Source: Candidatus Aphodoplasma sp. (GTDB lineage Bacteria; Bacillota; Clostridia; UBA1381; UMGS1253). From it: DNA of 64,000 bases. The notes below the pieces were generated by a model, which saw nothing but the letters and a program-made list of their open reading frames with translations, did no database searches and was not told the DNA's origin. Made by a program: the position numbers and the translations under genes. The DNA is taken from NCBI GenBank assembly GCA_045592745.1, contig JAZNVH010000011.1, forward strand, positions 21,864 through 85,863, in the 5' to 3' direction. Shown in pieces: positions 1 through 9,323 of this stretch (within the stretch, counting starts at the first letter, position 1; each line of letters starts with the position of its first letter).

Positions 1-174
1 CTCGTCGCGTGCACGCGCGGCTTTGTATTCAGAGTCTATATTCGGAATTACAAGCGAGTCCATAAACCTTTTTATAAACGTAGATTTTCCGGTTCTTACA
101 GGCCCCACAACCCCAATGTAAATATCGCCGTCGGTTCTTGTGGCAATATCTTTGTAAATTTCTGATCCGGTCAT
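1..174 (-). CDS. spoIVA: Stage IV sporulation protein A, N-terminal 58 codons only (gene runs off the window start)
   Basis: Not in the ORF track because it is truncated. Own reverse translation from the ATG at 172-174: MTGSEIYKDIATRTDGDIYIGVVGPVRTGKSTFIKRFMDSLVIPNIDSEYKAARARDE. The Walker-A GPVRTGKST and flanking residues match the conserved SpoIVA N-terminus. A GAGGGGGA RBS lies about 6 nt upstream. Confidence 0.8.
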   Translation of the reverse strand, partial: MTGSEIYKDIATRTDGDIYIGVVGPVRTGKSTFIKRFMDSLVIPNIDSEYKAARARDE

Positions 175-222
175 TTATTATCCCCCTCAAAATAATTTTA
201 TTTATGTTAAAGATGTTACTAC

Positions 223-251
223 ATTATACGAAGGCATGTTTACTTTTATTC
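223..251 (-). promoter_or_regulatory. Candidate mother-cell (sigma-E-like) promoter of spoIVA
   Basis: On the minus strand: GAATAAA (245-251), a 14-nt spacer, then CGTATAAT (223-230). This loosely resembles the sigma-E -35 ATATT / -10 CATACAAT consensus; spoIVA is sigma-E dependent in Bacillus. Weak match. Confidence 0.25.
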
Positions 252-544
252 CGTCATGACAAATATTGTTGAGTTTTTTGTCGGCGTGGCCGTAAAAAAG
301 TACGTGTTACTATTAAATTGCACACATTAGCTATACCTAAATTGGTTATTATTAACACTTAAAAATACAAAAATGAAAAATATTTACAATGGAAAAATAA
401 AACAACCTGAAATAAGTTGACTTTTATGCTATATTATAATAAGATATAAATAATAATGGGTTTTTTGTACCCTTGTTATAAAAAACGTTTAAATATGGTG
501 ATTTGATTTGTAATTTTTGAAAAATTTATCATGGAGGGATAGTG

Positions 545-1603
545 ATGAAACCGCTTATTACGATTATTGTTCCTGTTTATAATACTGAGAAATATTTAGA
601 AGAGTGTCTTAACAGTATTTTTAATCAGACACTTAAAGATATTGAGGTAATATGTGTAAATGACGAAAGTCCAGATAATTCCCGCGAGATATTGCAAAGA
701 TTTTATGAAAAACATGATAATATGAGAATAATAGACCAGAAAAACAGTGGCGTTTCGATTGCGAGAAATAATGCGTTAAAACTAGCAAAAGCTCCATATA
801 TAATGTTTGTAGACAGCGATGATACAATTGGTACAAGGATATGTGAAACGGCGTATAAAAAAATGCAGGAGCATAATGCCGATGTGGTAATGTATTCCCA
901 TTCGCTTGTATACAATAATGCTATTCATCCTAGACAAGAACTTGGTGAACAGGAAAAGATATTTGAAGAGCAAGAGTGTCACAGTATTTTATACAGACGA
1001 TTTTTTGGGCTTTCAAGCAAGGAAATGGATATTATTGAACGACAGGATGCCCTAAGCCCGATATGGTCTAAGCTTTACAAAAAAAGCATTATTGAAGAAA
1101 ACAATATAGAGTTTTATGATATCAGAAAAATTGGCAGCTTTGAGGACGGACTTTTTAATCTTCAGTATTTTGGCTTTTGTAAAAAAGCAGTTTATCTTCC
1201 TGATTGTTTGTATTTTTACAGACGGGACAATCAAAACTCGGTTACTACTAAATACAGAGAAAATCTGCCTAAGCAATGGGACACGCTTTTTGAGTTAATA
1301 GGAGAAGAAATTGATAAAAACAACCTTGGCGATATGTTTCAAGAGGCTTTAAGCAACAGAATAGCGATATCATCAATCGGACTCGGACTAAACGCGATAG
1401 CAAAAAAATGCAATGTTTTTGCTCATATATCAATGCTTCATAACATTATTTCTAAAAAAGAATACCAAGAGTCAATAAAAAAAATGCGTTATAAGAATAT
1501 GCCTATTCATTGGAAACTTTTCTTCATATGTTGCAGATACAAGCTTTCGCTGTTTGTGGTTTTGCTTTTGTATGCGATGAATTATTTGAGAAGAATACGA
1601 TAA
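545..1603 (+). CDS. Glycosyltransferase family 2 (GT-A fold)
   Basis: ORF track 542-1603; the ATG at 545 lies 6 nt after GGAGGG (533-538). Motifs IIVPVYNTEKYLEECLNSIFNQT, NDESPD and the FVDSDD DxD are typical of GT2. Confidence 0.85.
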   Translation: MKPLITIIVPVYNTEKYLEECLNSIFNQTLKDIEVICVNDESPDNSREILQRFYEKHDNMRIIDQKNSGVSIARNNALKLAKAPYIMFVDSDDTIGTRICETAYKKMQEHNADVVMYSHSLVYNNAIHPRQELGEQEKIFEEQECHSILYRRFFGLSSKEMDIIERQDALSPIWSKLYKKSIIEENNIEFYDIRKIGSFEDGLFNLQYFGFCKKAVYLPDCLYFYRRDNQNSVTTKYRENLPKQWDTLFELIGEEIDKNNLGDMFQEALSNRIAISSIGLGLNAIAKKCNVFAHISMLHNIISKKEYQESIKKMRYKNMPIHWKLFFICCRYKLSLFVVLLLYAMNYLRRIR

Positions 1604-1626
1604 AAAACAGAAGGGACTATGCTATA

Positions 1627-2589
1627 ATGGAAAATATTTTGGTTTCAATAGTAATACCTGTTTACAATGGGGCAAATTATCTTGGTGAAGCGATTGACAG
1701 TGCGCTTGCCCAGACATATAAAAATATTGAGATAATAGTAGTAAATGACGGCTCAACAGATGATGGTGCAACCGAAAAGGTGGCACTTTCGTATGGCGAT
1801 AAAATTCGTTATTTTCACAAGGAAAACGGCGGTGTGTCATCGGCGCTTAATCTGGGTATCCGTGAAATGAAGGGAGAATATCTTTCGTGGCTTTCGCATG
1901 ATGACTTATATACTCCCGATAAAGTAGAAACGCAAATTAAGGATGTTCAGAAGTTAAAGGCTGACAACCCTGAAGAATATAAGCGCACAATGTTTTACTG
2001 TGGTGGTGGCTTTATAAATTCTAAAGGTGAGCACATAGAAAGAAAAACAAGGACCCTTCCAGATGGTTTTTATAAAGGCAATGATATGCTTTTGAAATTT
2101 TTTAAGGGTTATGGCATAGGTGGATGTGGGCTTCTTATACCGCGCGTTATGTTTGATGAAGTAGGGTATTTTAATGAGGATATGCGTTATATGCAGGATG
2201 TGTTTATGTGGGAGAAAGCATTTATCGCAGGATATAGCATATTTATAAACAACAAGGTTATGTCCATAACCCGCATCCATAATATGCAGACATCAACAAC
2301 GGGTAAAGCGTATGGTTTAAAAGACCGCGAAACTGTTGGTAAGTATCTTGCAGAGCATCTTAGAGGCATAAAATCTTCGGATGGCCAAAGCGTACTTACG
2401 CAGTATATGTTTTTATGCATGCGAAATAATTCCACAAACATAGGGAAGATGATATATAAAGATCTTGTTTTGCACAAAGATATCACATTAGCAGAAAAGA
2501 TAAAAACATATTTGATATATGCATATGGTTTTATGCGTAAGCGGTTGAGCAGCCTATACTATAAAGTAAGATTTGGCACAAAGAGGTGA
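1627..2589 (+). CDS. Glycosyltransferase family 2
   Basis: ORF track 1510-2589, but the ATG at 1627 gives the canonical GT2 N-terminus MENILVSIVIPVYNGANYLGEAIDSALAQTY. VNDGSTDD and SHDD motifs are present. The upstream extension overlaps the previous gene. Confidence 0.85.
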   Translation: MENILVSIVIPVYNGANYLGEAIDSALAQTYKNIEIIVVNDGSTDDGATEKVALSYGDKIRYFHKENGGVSSALNLGIREMKGEYLSWLSHDDLYTPDKVETQIKDVQKLKADNPEEYKRTMFYCGGGFINSKGEHIERKTRTLPDGFYKGNDMLLKFFKGYGIGGCGLLIPRVMFDEVGYFNEDMRYMQDVFMWEKAFIAGYSIFINNKVMSITRIHNMQTSTTGKAYGLKDRETVGKYLAEHLRGIKSSDGQSVLTQYMFLCMRNNSTNIGKMIYKDLVLHKDITLAEKIKTYLIYAYGFMRKRLSSLYYKVRFGTKR

Positions 2590-2595
2590 TTTTTT

Positions 2596-3699
2596 GTGAA
2601 AAAAATAGGGATACTCACTATTCATCATAACCAGAATTACGGAGCGGTTTTGCAGGCGTATGCTTTGCAGAAAAAACTTGAAACACTTGGTTATGATAGC
2701 GAGCTTATCAATTTTATTCCGACGAGCAGTGCACGTTCTATGCGCTTGTTTTCTACATCGCTTATAGAGAACATACGCACGGTATTGTTTTTGAAAAAAC
2801 GTATAATACGCCGCCAACGGTTTGTAGATTTTTTAAAAAAAAAGCACAAGTTGTCCAAAGAACCAATATATGATTATAATAACTTAAAAGAAGATGCTTT
2901 TGACTATGATGTTTATATAACCGGTAGCGATCAGACTTTTAATTTACTTTTGCGTGGAATGGAGCAGGAGCGAAAAATGTACTTCCTTCCGTTTGTAAAG
3001 GAGCACAAAAAAATATCGTATGCACCGAGTATGGGAGAAAGAATAGCTGCGCTCGACGAGCAAAAGATACTTTGGATAAAAAATGCGCTAAGCTCGTATG
3101 ATTCCCTTCTTGTAAGAGAAAAGGCGGCAGCGGATTTTATAGCAGGTCTAAATATCACGCCAAAGGCTCCCGAGGTGGTTTTAGATCCCACGCTGCTTCT
3201 TGACAGAAGTGATTATGATAAAATAGAAAAAAGAACAAAATACGAAAAAGGAAAATATATATTATTTTACAGCGTGTTGTCTGATTCGTGGGTTGTAAAA
3301 AAGGTGCAGAAAATTGCAAAGCAGCTTAATATGAAGGTTGTTACGCCTCATTGCATGAATCAGTTTGAGCTGTCTGCGGGATTTGTACGTGCAGAGGAGT
3401 GTGGACCCGAAGAGTTTATTTCTCTGGTAAAAAATGCGGCATTTGTATGTACGTCGTCCTTTCATGGAACGGTGTTTTCGCTCATTTATAATAAGCCGTT
3501 TGTGTCTTTTTTAATAGGAGAAGGAAACCGAATAGGCAGCTTGCTTGATACCGTAAATATGAGAAGCAGAGCAGTGCGTCAAAATGACGATGTTGATGCC
3601 TTAAAGCTTTTGGATATAGATTATACCGAGGCAAACAAACTGCTTGAAGATGCAAGAGAGCGTTCAAAAAATTTGCTTATAGAAGCAATAGGAGATTAA
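2596..3699 (+). CDS. Polysaccharide pyruvyl transferase family protein (paralog 1)
   Basis: GTG start after AGAGGTGA. Motifs shared with the 3702 and 10333 paralogs: NxNYGxxLQAYAL near the N-terminus, GSDQxFN, DPTLLL, SSFHGTVFS. This pattern is typical of the PF04230 pyruvyltransferase family. Confidence 0.8.
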   Translation: MKKIGILTIHHNQNYGAVLQAYALQKKLETLGYDSELINFIPTSSARSMRLFSTSLIENIRTVLFLKKRIIRRQRFVDFLKKKHKLSKEPIYDYNNLKEDAFDYDVYITGSDQTFNLLLRGMEQERKMYFLPFVKEHKKISYAPSMGERIAALDEQKILWIKNALSSYDSLLVREKAAADFIAGLNITPKAPEVVLDPTLLLDRSDYDKIEKRTKYEKGKYILFYSVLSDSWVVKKVQKIAKQLNMKVVTPHCMNQFELSAGFVRAEECGPEEFISLVKNAAFVCTSSFHGTVFSLIYNKPFVSFLIGEGNRIGSLLDTVNMRSRAVRQNDDVDALKLLDIDYTEANKLLEDARERSKNLLIEAIGD

Positions 3700-3701
3700 T
3701 A

Positions 3702-4823
3702 ATGAAAAAAGTAGCGATAATAACATTTCATGCGGCACATAATTATGGTTCTATGCTTCAGGCGTATGCTTTGCAGACGACAGTTGAAGGATTGGGTTGT
3801 GAATGTGACGTTATTAATTTCAGAACAGACAGACAAAAAGACTTATATACTGTGTTTACCAAGAGAAAAGGGATAAAGTATCTGTTAAAAAATGCATCGC
3901 ATTTACTATATTACAAATTATTAAAAGGCAAATATGACAAATTCGAAAGTTTTTTGGATAAACACATTAAACTGACAGATGCGCAGTATCAGTCATTAGA
4001 AGGGCTTGAGAGTGCTGATTTTGACTATGATTACTATATCTCGGGCAGCGACCAGATATGGAATCCTGTTCCCGCTGATTTTGACTGGGCATATTATCTG
4101 CCGTTTGTAAAAAATGCAAAACGCATAGCGTATGCGCCAAGCTTTGGACCATTCTCGAGTGTAGGTGATGAGAAAACAAAAGAGCAGCTTTCTAAGTATT
4201 TGCGCGATTATGATTATATAAGCGTGCGAGAGAAAGGCTCGAAAAAAAATGTTAAAGAGCTGATAAACAAAGATGTACAAGTTGTTTTAGACCCGACATT
4301 ATTATTGGAAAAAGAAAAATATGATGATCTGGTATGCAAAGAAACGCTTGTCAATGGAGAATTTATATTTTTATATACTTTGTTTGCTACGCCGGAAATT
4401 ATTCAGGTCGCGAAATATTTTTCGAAACAGTTAAAGCTTCCGATAGTTGTATCAAATTTTTCAAATCAATATGATTGCATCAATCCTTTTACGAAATGTT
4501 TTTCAAGCGGACCAAAAGAAATGCTGTGGTTTATAAAAAATGCCAAGCTTGTGTTGGCATCATCATTTCACGGCACGGTGTTTTCTATTATATATAATAA
4601 ACCATTTTATGCTATAGGCGGAAATAGGGATGCAAGAATATCTACACTGCTTGATATTACGGAGCTTAGCGAGAGAAGTGTTGACAAAAACAATATGCAA
4701 AGAAAAACAAACAATGTTTTTGACATAAACTTTCATGAAGCAATGCAAAAGCTTGACAAGGAAAGACAAAAAAGCATGGATTATTTACGAAAGGCGCTTG
4801 ATATAGATGGAGATTTGCGTTAA
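3702..4823 (+). CDS. Polysaccharide pyruvyl transferase family protein (paralog 2)
   Basis: MKKVAIITFHAAHNYGSMLQAYALQ, GSDQIWN, DPTLLL, SSFHGTVFS. It starts 2 nt after the previous stop. Confidence 0.8.
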   Translation: MKKVAIITFHAAHNYGSMLQAYALQTTVEGLGCECDVINFRTDRQKDLYTVFTKRKGIKYLLKNASHLLYYKLLKGKYDKFESFLDKHIKLTDAQYQSLEGLESADFDYDYYISGSDQIWNPVPADFDWAYYLPFVKNAKRIAYAPSFGPFSSVGDEKTKEQLSKYLRDYDYISVREKGSKKNVKELINKDVQVVLDPTLLLEKEKYDDLVCKETLVNGEFIFLYTLFATPEIIQVAKYFSKQLKLPIVVSNFSNQYDCINPFTKCFSSGPKEMLWFIKNAKLVLASSFHGTVFSIIYNKPFYAIGGNRDARISTLLDITELSERSVDKNNMQRKTNNVFDINFHEAMQKLDKERQKSMDYLRKALDIDGDLR

Positions 4824-5919
4824 AGAAAAATGTACAGGATGCAGTGCATGTGCAACTGTGTGCCCGAACGCCTGTATCACAATGGCAGAAGATGAAATCG
4901 GACATTTTATACCTGTTATAGATGAAGAAAAGTGCACAAATTGCGGTGCGTGTCAAAAGATGTGTCCAAACAATAAACAAATAGAAAGAAACGAGTCTGC
5001 TGCGGCTTATGCTGCGGCAAGTGCTGATGACAAGGATTATCAGACAAGCAGCTCGGGTGGTGCGGCATCGGTCTTTTCGAGATATATTATTGAAAATGGC
5101 GGTGTGGTGTATGGCTGTACAGGAACAAAGGGCTATGATATATGCCATATAAGAGTCGATAATATAGATGAGCTTGCAAAACTGAAGGGGTCAAAGTATG
5201 TTGAAAGCAGAATGGGCAACACTTTTGAGCTTATAAAAAATGATTTACAAGACGACAAAACAGTCTTGTTTATAGGAACGCCTTGTCAGTGCGCAGGTGC
5301 AAAGAGTCTTTTTTCAAAATATGATAACTTTTATGCGGTTGATTTAATCTGTCACGGTGTACCGCCTCAAAAGCTTCTAAAAGAGCATTTGTCAGGAAAA
5401 ATAAAGCAAGAGCCTGATGAGATAAGATTCAGAGAAGGGGCAGATTTTTGTTTTAAGGCAATAAAAAATGGCAAGGTTATAAACCAATACAGTAATTTGT
5501 TTGATTTGTATTATATAGGTTTTTTCAAAAGCCTTTACTATAGAAACTCCTGTTACAATTGTAGCTATGCCAACAGCAAAAGATGCTCTGACATAACGAT
5601 AGGAGATTTTTGGGGGCTTGGAAAGAGTGAAATTGCTCAAAAGCATAAAAATGGTGTGTCAGTAATTTTGATAAATACAAAAAAAGGCGAGCAGCTTTTT
5701 GAAAACTGCCAAAATGAGTTTTTGTATGAACAGCGTGATGTTGACGAAGCTGTGAATGGAAATGCTCAACTGAGGCGTCCAAGCTTTAAGCATAAAAACA
5801 CGGAAAAGTTTCGAAGAATTTATCCAAAGCTCGGTTTTAAAAAAGCTGCGGGAAGATGTCTTATTATAAACAGAATAAAATATTTGATATTGGCAGTATA
5901 TAACAAAGTCAGAAACTGA
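4807..5919 (+). CDS. Coenzyme F420 hydrogenase/dehydrogenase beta-subunit-like Fe-S flavoprotein (FrhB/FdhB family), copy 1
   Basis: Two ferredoxin motifs, CTGCSACATVCP and CTNCGACQKMCP, then SSSGG, GTPCQ, DLICHGVPP and GDFWG blocks shared with ORF 12991. Overlaps the upstream pyruvyltransferase by 17 nt. Confidence 0.75.
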   Translation: MEICVKEKCTGCSACATVCPNACITMAEDEIGHFIPVIDEEKCTNCGACQKMCPNNKQIERNESAAAYAAASADDKDYQTSSSGGAASVFSRYIIENGGVVYGCTGTKGYDICHIRVDNIDELAKLKGSKYVESRMGNTFELIKNDLQDDKTVLFIGTPCQCAGAKSLFSKYDNFYAVDLICHGVPPQKLLKEHLSGKIKQEPDEIRFREGADFCFKAIKNGKVINQYSNLFDLYYIGFFKSLYYRNSCYNCSYANSKRCSDITIGDFWGLGKSEIAQKHKNGVSVILINTKKGEQLFENCQNEFLYEQRDVDEAVNGNAQLRRPSFKHKNTEKFRRIYPKLGFKKAAGRCLIINRIKYLILAVYNKVRN

Positions 5920-5929
5920 GGTTTTATAA

Positions 5930-7024
5930 ATGGCGTTAGCGATAACTTATTTATTATTTGTGTTTATTTGTTATCTTATGGATAATAACACAAACCAAAA
6001 ATACAATTTAATACAGCGTGACAGAAAGCTATATTTGACGTTTCATTTTTTGTTTATTATCTTTTTCACGCTTGTTTTTGCACTGCGGGCAGAGTCGGTA
6101 GGTTCTGATACACAGCGTTATGTTGTGGGATTTAAGACATCGCCATATAGAACATACGAGAGCATATTTAATGCCGACGGAGAAAAAAAAGAGTATTTAT
6201 ATCTTGTGCTTACAAAGATTATAGCTACATATACAGATAGCATTATTGTATTTTTCGGTGTTTACGGTGCGTTGTTTACTTTTTCTTATGGGAACATGGT
6301 CCATAAGCATTCGGATAATTATTTTGTAAGCTATATTATGCTTGTTGCGATGTATTTTTCGTTTATTATATCAGGAATGCGTCAGCTTGCAGCGATGAGT
6401 ATACTTTTGATGTCATACGGATTTATAGTAAGAAAGAAGCTTGTGCCATTTTTGTTATGCGTAGCGGTGGCGTACTATTTTCATAATTCAGCTATTATAT
6501 TTTTGCTTGCATATCCTGTGGCGCATATGAAATGGGGCAAAGGACAGTTTGTTATTTTAGCGGTATGTATCATTATGGCGTATTTAATGCCGGGGGTAGC
6601 TACCAAGGTGGTTTTTGAGTGGCTTGCGTGGGACAGATTTGAGACGTATGAAGCTCACAGCGCTACTTTGACGTCGAGTGGATTTATTATTAAAATAGCC
6701 ATATTGGCATTTAATCTGTTTCACTACAAAGGAACGGTTGAAAAAAACAGTGAAAATCTTAAGTTTTATAACTTGTCAATATTTGGTACCTCGCTTCAGG
6801 CTTTTACTGTCGTAATGTCACAGGCGTTTAGAATGAGTATGTATTTTAGTATCTTTGATACTATTCTTACGGCAAATGTGCTTGCAGCTTTAAGAACTGA
6901 TACAAATTTTAAAGCAAAGAATAAAGCTTTTGTATATATTGGCGTTATATCACTTTTGATAGTGTATTATTTGTTTATTTCAACGCCTGTTGATTATAAA
7001 ATGAGTATATCTTTTTGGGAATAA
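5930..7024 (+). CDS. EpsG-family polytopic membrane protein (Wzy-type repeat-unit polymerase candidate)
   Basis: About 10 hydrophobic segments. It has the VGSDTQRY motif characteristic of the EpsG family and sits in a glycan locus. Confidence 0.7.
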   Translation: MALAITYLLFVFICYLMDNNTNQKYNLIQRDRKLYLTFHFLFIIFFTLVFALRAESVGSDTQRYVVGFKTSPYRTYESIFNADGEKKEYLYLVLTKIIATYTDSIIVFFGVYGALFTFSYGNMVHKHSDNYFVSYIMLVAMYFSFIISGMRQLAAMSILLMSYGFIVRKKLVPFLLCVAVAYYFHNSAIIFLLAYPVAHMKWGKGQFVILAVCIIMAYLMPGVATKVVFEWLAWDRFETYEAHSATLTSSGFIIKIAILAFNLFHYKGTVEKNSENLKFYNLSIFGTSLQAFTVVMSQAFRMSMYFSIFDTILTANVLAALRTDTNFKAKNKAFVYIGVISLLIVYYLFISTPVDYKMSISFWE

Positions 7025-7041
7025 GGAGGCGATGTATAGCA

Positions 7042-8175
7042 ATGAAGGCGGCAATGATTGCGGGAAGCGGCGGAAGCGGCGGCTATATGGCATATATAAA
7101 GGGCTTGCTCGGCGAAATGAGTGAGCACGATGTTGTTTTGTTTTGCACAAAAGAGCTTGAAGAAAAAGTTAAGGACAATTGTAAAAACGTGAAAATTTAT
7201 ACAACGCCGTATGCAAAAGAGCGGGGCATAGATATATTTTTAAACAAACCTCTGTCAAAACAGATGATTGACGCTGTTAATGAATTTGAGCCGGATGTTG
7301 TGTTTTTTACACCAGGCTGGATACGAAAAGGGCTTGAGAAATATCCTAACATCATGGTTTTACATAATCAGCTGTATGTTGATGATAAGACGCTGTTTAA
7401 AACTATCAGCAAAAAAACCTTTTTAACTATGATGGGTTTTCGTCACAGTGTGCGCCGCTCGATGAAAAAAGCGGACGGGGTAATATTTTTAAGCGATAAG
7501 TCAAAATTATGTGCAGACAAAAACAATATTTCTTACAAAAAAGGGTGTGTTATTCCCTTCGGTTTACCAAGCGAGAGCTTTTGTGCTCCGGCTAAGAGAG
7601 CAGAAAGTACAGGCGAGATAAAGCTTTTATATGTATCTGCATTTTTTGAATATAAAAAGCATGATGGAGTATTTTATGCAATAAGCAATTTAAAGAAAAA
7701 AGGATATGATTTGAAGATTACACTGATTGGCAAGGGGCCGTCTTACAGAGAAGAATTTTTAAAAAATCTTTCAAAAGAACTTGACATAGAAGAAAATATT
7801 GAATTTACAGGGTGGAAAAATCACGATGAGGTGCTTTTGGCAATAGATGATACAGACATATTTGTATATCCAAGTTCGATTGAGTCAACGGGGCTTGGTG
7901 TTATGGAGGCGATGGCGAGGGGGGCGTGTATTGCAAGCTCGGACATGTCATGCATGAGCGAGGTTTTAGAGGATGCGGGCGTTTACTTTAACCCCGATGA
8001 TTACAAACAGATAGAACAGACGCTTGAAAAGCTCATAAACGACAAAACCCTTAGAGAAATGCTTTCTCATAAAGCCTTTGAATACTCGAAAAAGTACTCG
8101 TGGGAAGTGGCAGCAAAAAAGCATTATGATTTCTTTGAATCTTTCGCACATCAGGGAAGGAGTTACAAAAAATGA
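7042..8175 (+). CDS. Glycosyltransferase family 4 (GT-B fold)
   Basis: ORF track 7015-8175; the ATG at 7042 follows AAGGAGG (7023-7029). C-terminal block FVYPSSIESTGLGVMEAMARGACIASSD is a typical GT4 E-x7-E region. Confidence 0.8.
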   Translation: MKAAMIAGSGGSGGYMAYIKGLLGEMSEHDVVLFCTKELEEKVKDNCKNVKIYTTPYAKERGIDIFLNKPLSKQMIDAVNEFEPDVVFFTPGWIRKGLEKYPNIMVLHNQLYVDDKTLFKTISKKTFLTMMGFRHSVRRSMKKADGVIFLSDKSKLCADKNNISYKKGCVIPFGLPSESFCAPAKRAESTGEIKLLYVSAFFEYKKHDGVFYAISNLKKKGYDLKITLIGKGPSYREEFLKNLSKELDIEENIEFTGWKNHDEVLLAIDDTDIFVYPSSIESTGLGVMEAMARGACIASSDMSCMSEVLEDAGVYFNPDDYKQIEQTLEKLINDKTLREMLSHKAFEYSKKYSWEVAAKKHYDFFESFAHQGRSYKK

Positions 8176-9290
8176 GATATATAGCCCACTATGATACTAA
8201 ACCTAACAGGAGAGGCATTAGCCTTGCGGCTGTTAATAAAATTAATTATATTTGTGAGGCGCTTAATAAAAACGGAATAGATGTTGAGGTTGTCTCTGCC
8301 GGAATGGATGCGCAAGATGAGTTTTCAGCAGAAAGAGAAAAAATAAATTCAAAATTAGAAGTTAAATATTTTAAAACATGCAAAATTCGCAAGAATTTGA
8401 TCAATAAAATATATCGTCTTCTAAGAAGAAATATAATTCTTTTTTCCTATTTAATAAAAAACATAAAAAAAGATGAGCAAATAATAGTTTATCATTCTCT
8501 AGCATTAATGCGTTGCATATATTGGGCAAAAAAAATTAAAAAATTTAAGTTGATATTAGAAACTGAAGAGATATATAATGATGTATCTTCCAGATCTAAA
8601 ATATCTCGCAGGTTTGAGGAAAAATTTATTTCCTGTGCGGACAAATATATTTTTTCAACAGAACTGCTTAATGCAAAAAATAATATGTTAAGTAAGCCTT
8701 ATAGTGTAATTTATGGAACTTATCGCGTTGAACACGACAGGGGGGTATCTTTTAACGACGATAAGATACACGTTGTATATGCAGGAACATTTGATCCAAG
8801 AAAAGGTGGAGTAACGGCAGCAGCAGCAGCGCAGTGGCTTCCTCAAAATTTTCATGTTCATATTTTAGGCTTTGGAAGTGAAAGAGAGATAGAAAATATC
8901 AAAAAAGTTGTTCGTGATACAAATGAAAAAGCTCAGGCAACCGTTACATATGATGGTTTACTTTCGGGAGAGGAATATCTGCAGTTTTTACAAAAGTGTC
9001 AAATAGGTCTTAGTACACAAAATCCGGATGCGGATTTTAATGCGACGTCATTTCCGTCAAAAATATTGTCATATATGTCAAATGGATTAAGGGTTGTTAC
9101 GATTCGAATTCCTGCAATTGAGGGGGCTGCCGTAGGACAAGAGTTGTATTATTATGACGTTCAGACGCCAAAGGAAATCGCGAAGGCAATTATGAGCATT
9201 GATTTGAATGACGGATATGATGGACGAGAAAAAATTGCGAAGCTTGATGAGGAGTTTACTAAGGATTTAAAAATTTTATTGCAAAAATAG
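8172..9290 (+). CDS. Glycosyltransferase, GT-B fold (GT4/GT1-like)
   Basis: ATGA start/stop overlap with the previous gene. HVVYAGTFDPRKGG and FPSKILSYMSNGLRVV blocks resemble the GT-B donor-binding half. Family assignment is less certain. Confidence 0.6.
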   Translation: MRYIAHYDTKPNRRGISLAAVNKINYICEALNKNGIDVEVVSAGMDAQDEFSAEREKINSKLEVKYFKTCKIRKNLINKIYRLLRRNIILFSYLIKNIKKDEQIIVYHSLALMRCIYWAKKIKKFKLILETEEIYNDVSSRSKISRRFEEKFISCADKYIFSTELLNAKNNMLSKPYSVIYGTYRVEHDRGVSFNDDKIHVVYAGTFDPRKGGVTAAAAAQWLPQNFHVHILGFGSEREIENIKKVVRDTNEKAQATVTYDGLLSGEEYLQFLQKCQIGLSTQNPDADFNATSFPSKILSYMSNGLRVVTIRIPAIEGAAVGQELYYYDVQTPKEIAKAIMSIDLNDGYDGREKIAKLDEEFTKDLKILLQK

Positions 9291-9323
9291 GAAAATATTA
9301 AAAATTGAAGGAGGTTGAAAAAT

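Noticed and set aside
175-541. I searched the 367-bp region upstream of the glycan locus for an invertible promoter (flanking inverted repeats), a JUMPstart/ops-like element or a clear sigma-A promoter.
   Set aside because: I found no convincing inverted repeats. TTGACT at 416-421 has no properly spaced -10 (the spacer to TATAAT is 12 nt), so I made no promoter or switch call.
2829-2843. A T6A9 homopolymer tract inside pyruvyltransferase 1, plus A8 tracts near 6183, 9514, 10502, 11353 and 14254, considered as slipped-strand phase-variation switches of the glycan locus.
   Set aside because: In this AT-rich genome these are runs of AAA Lys codons in ordinary coding context, and no length heterogeneity can be judged from a single sequence. 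Population or read-level data would be needed, so I do not claim it.
8817-8831. A (GCA)4GCG trinucleotide repeat encoding AAAAA in the GT-B glycosyltransferase.
   Set aside because: It is short, in-frame and cannot cause a frameshift; most likely a chance poly-Ala linker.
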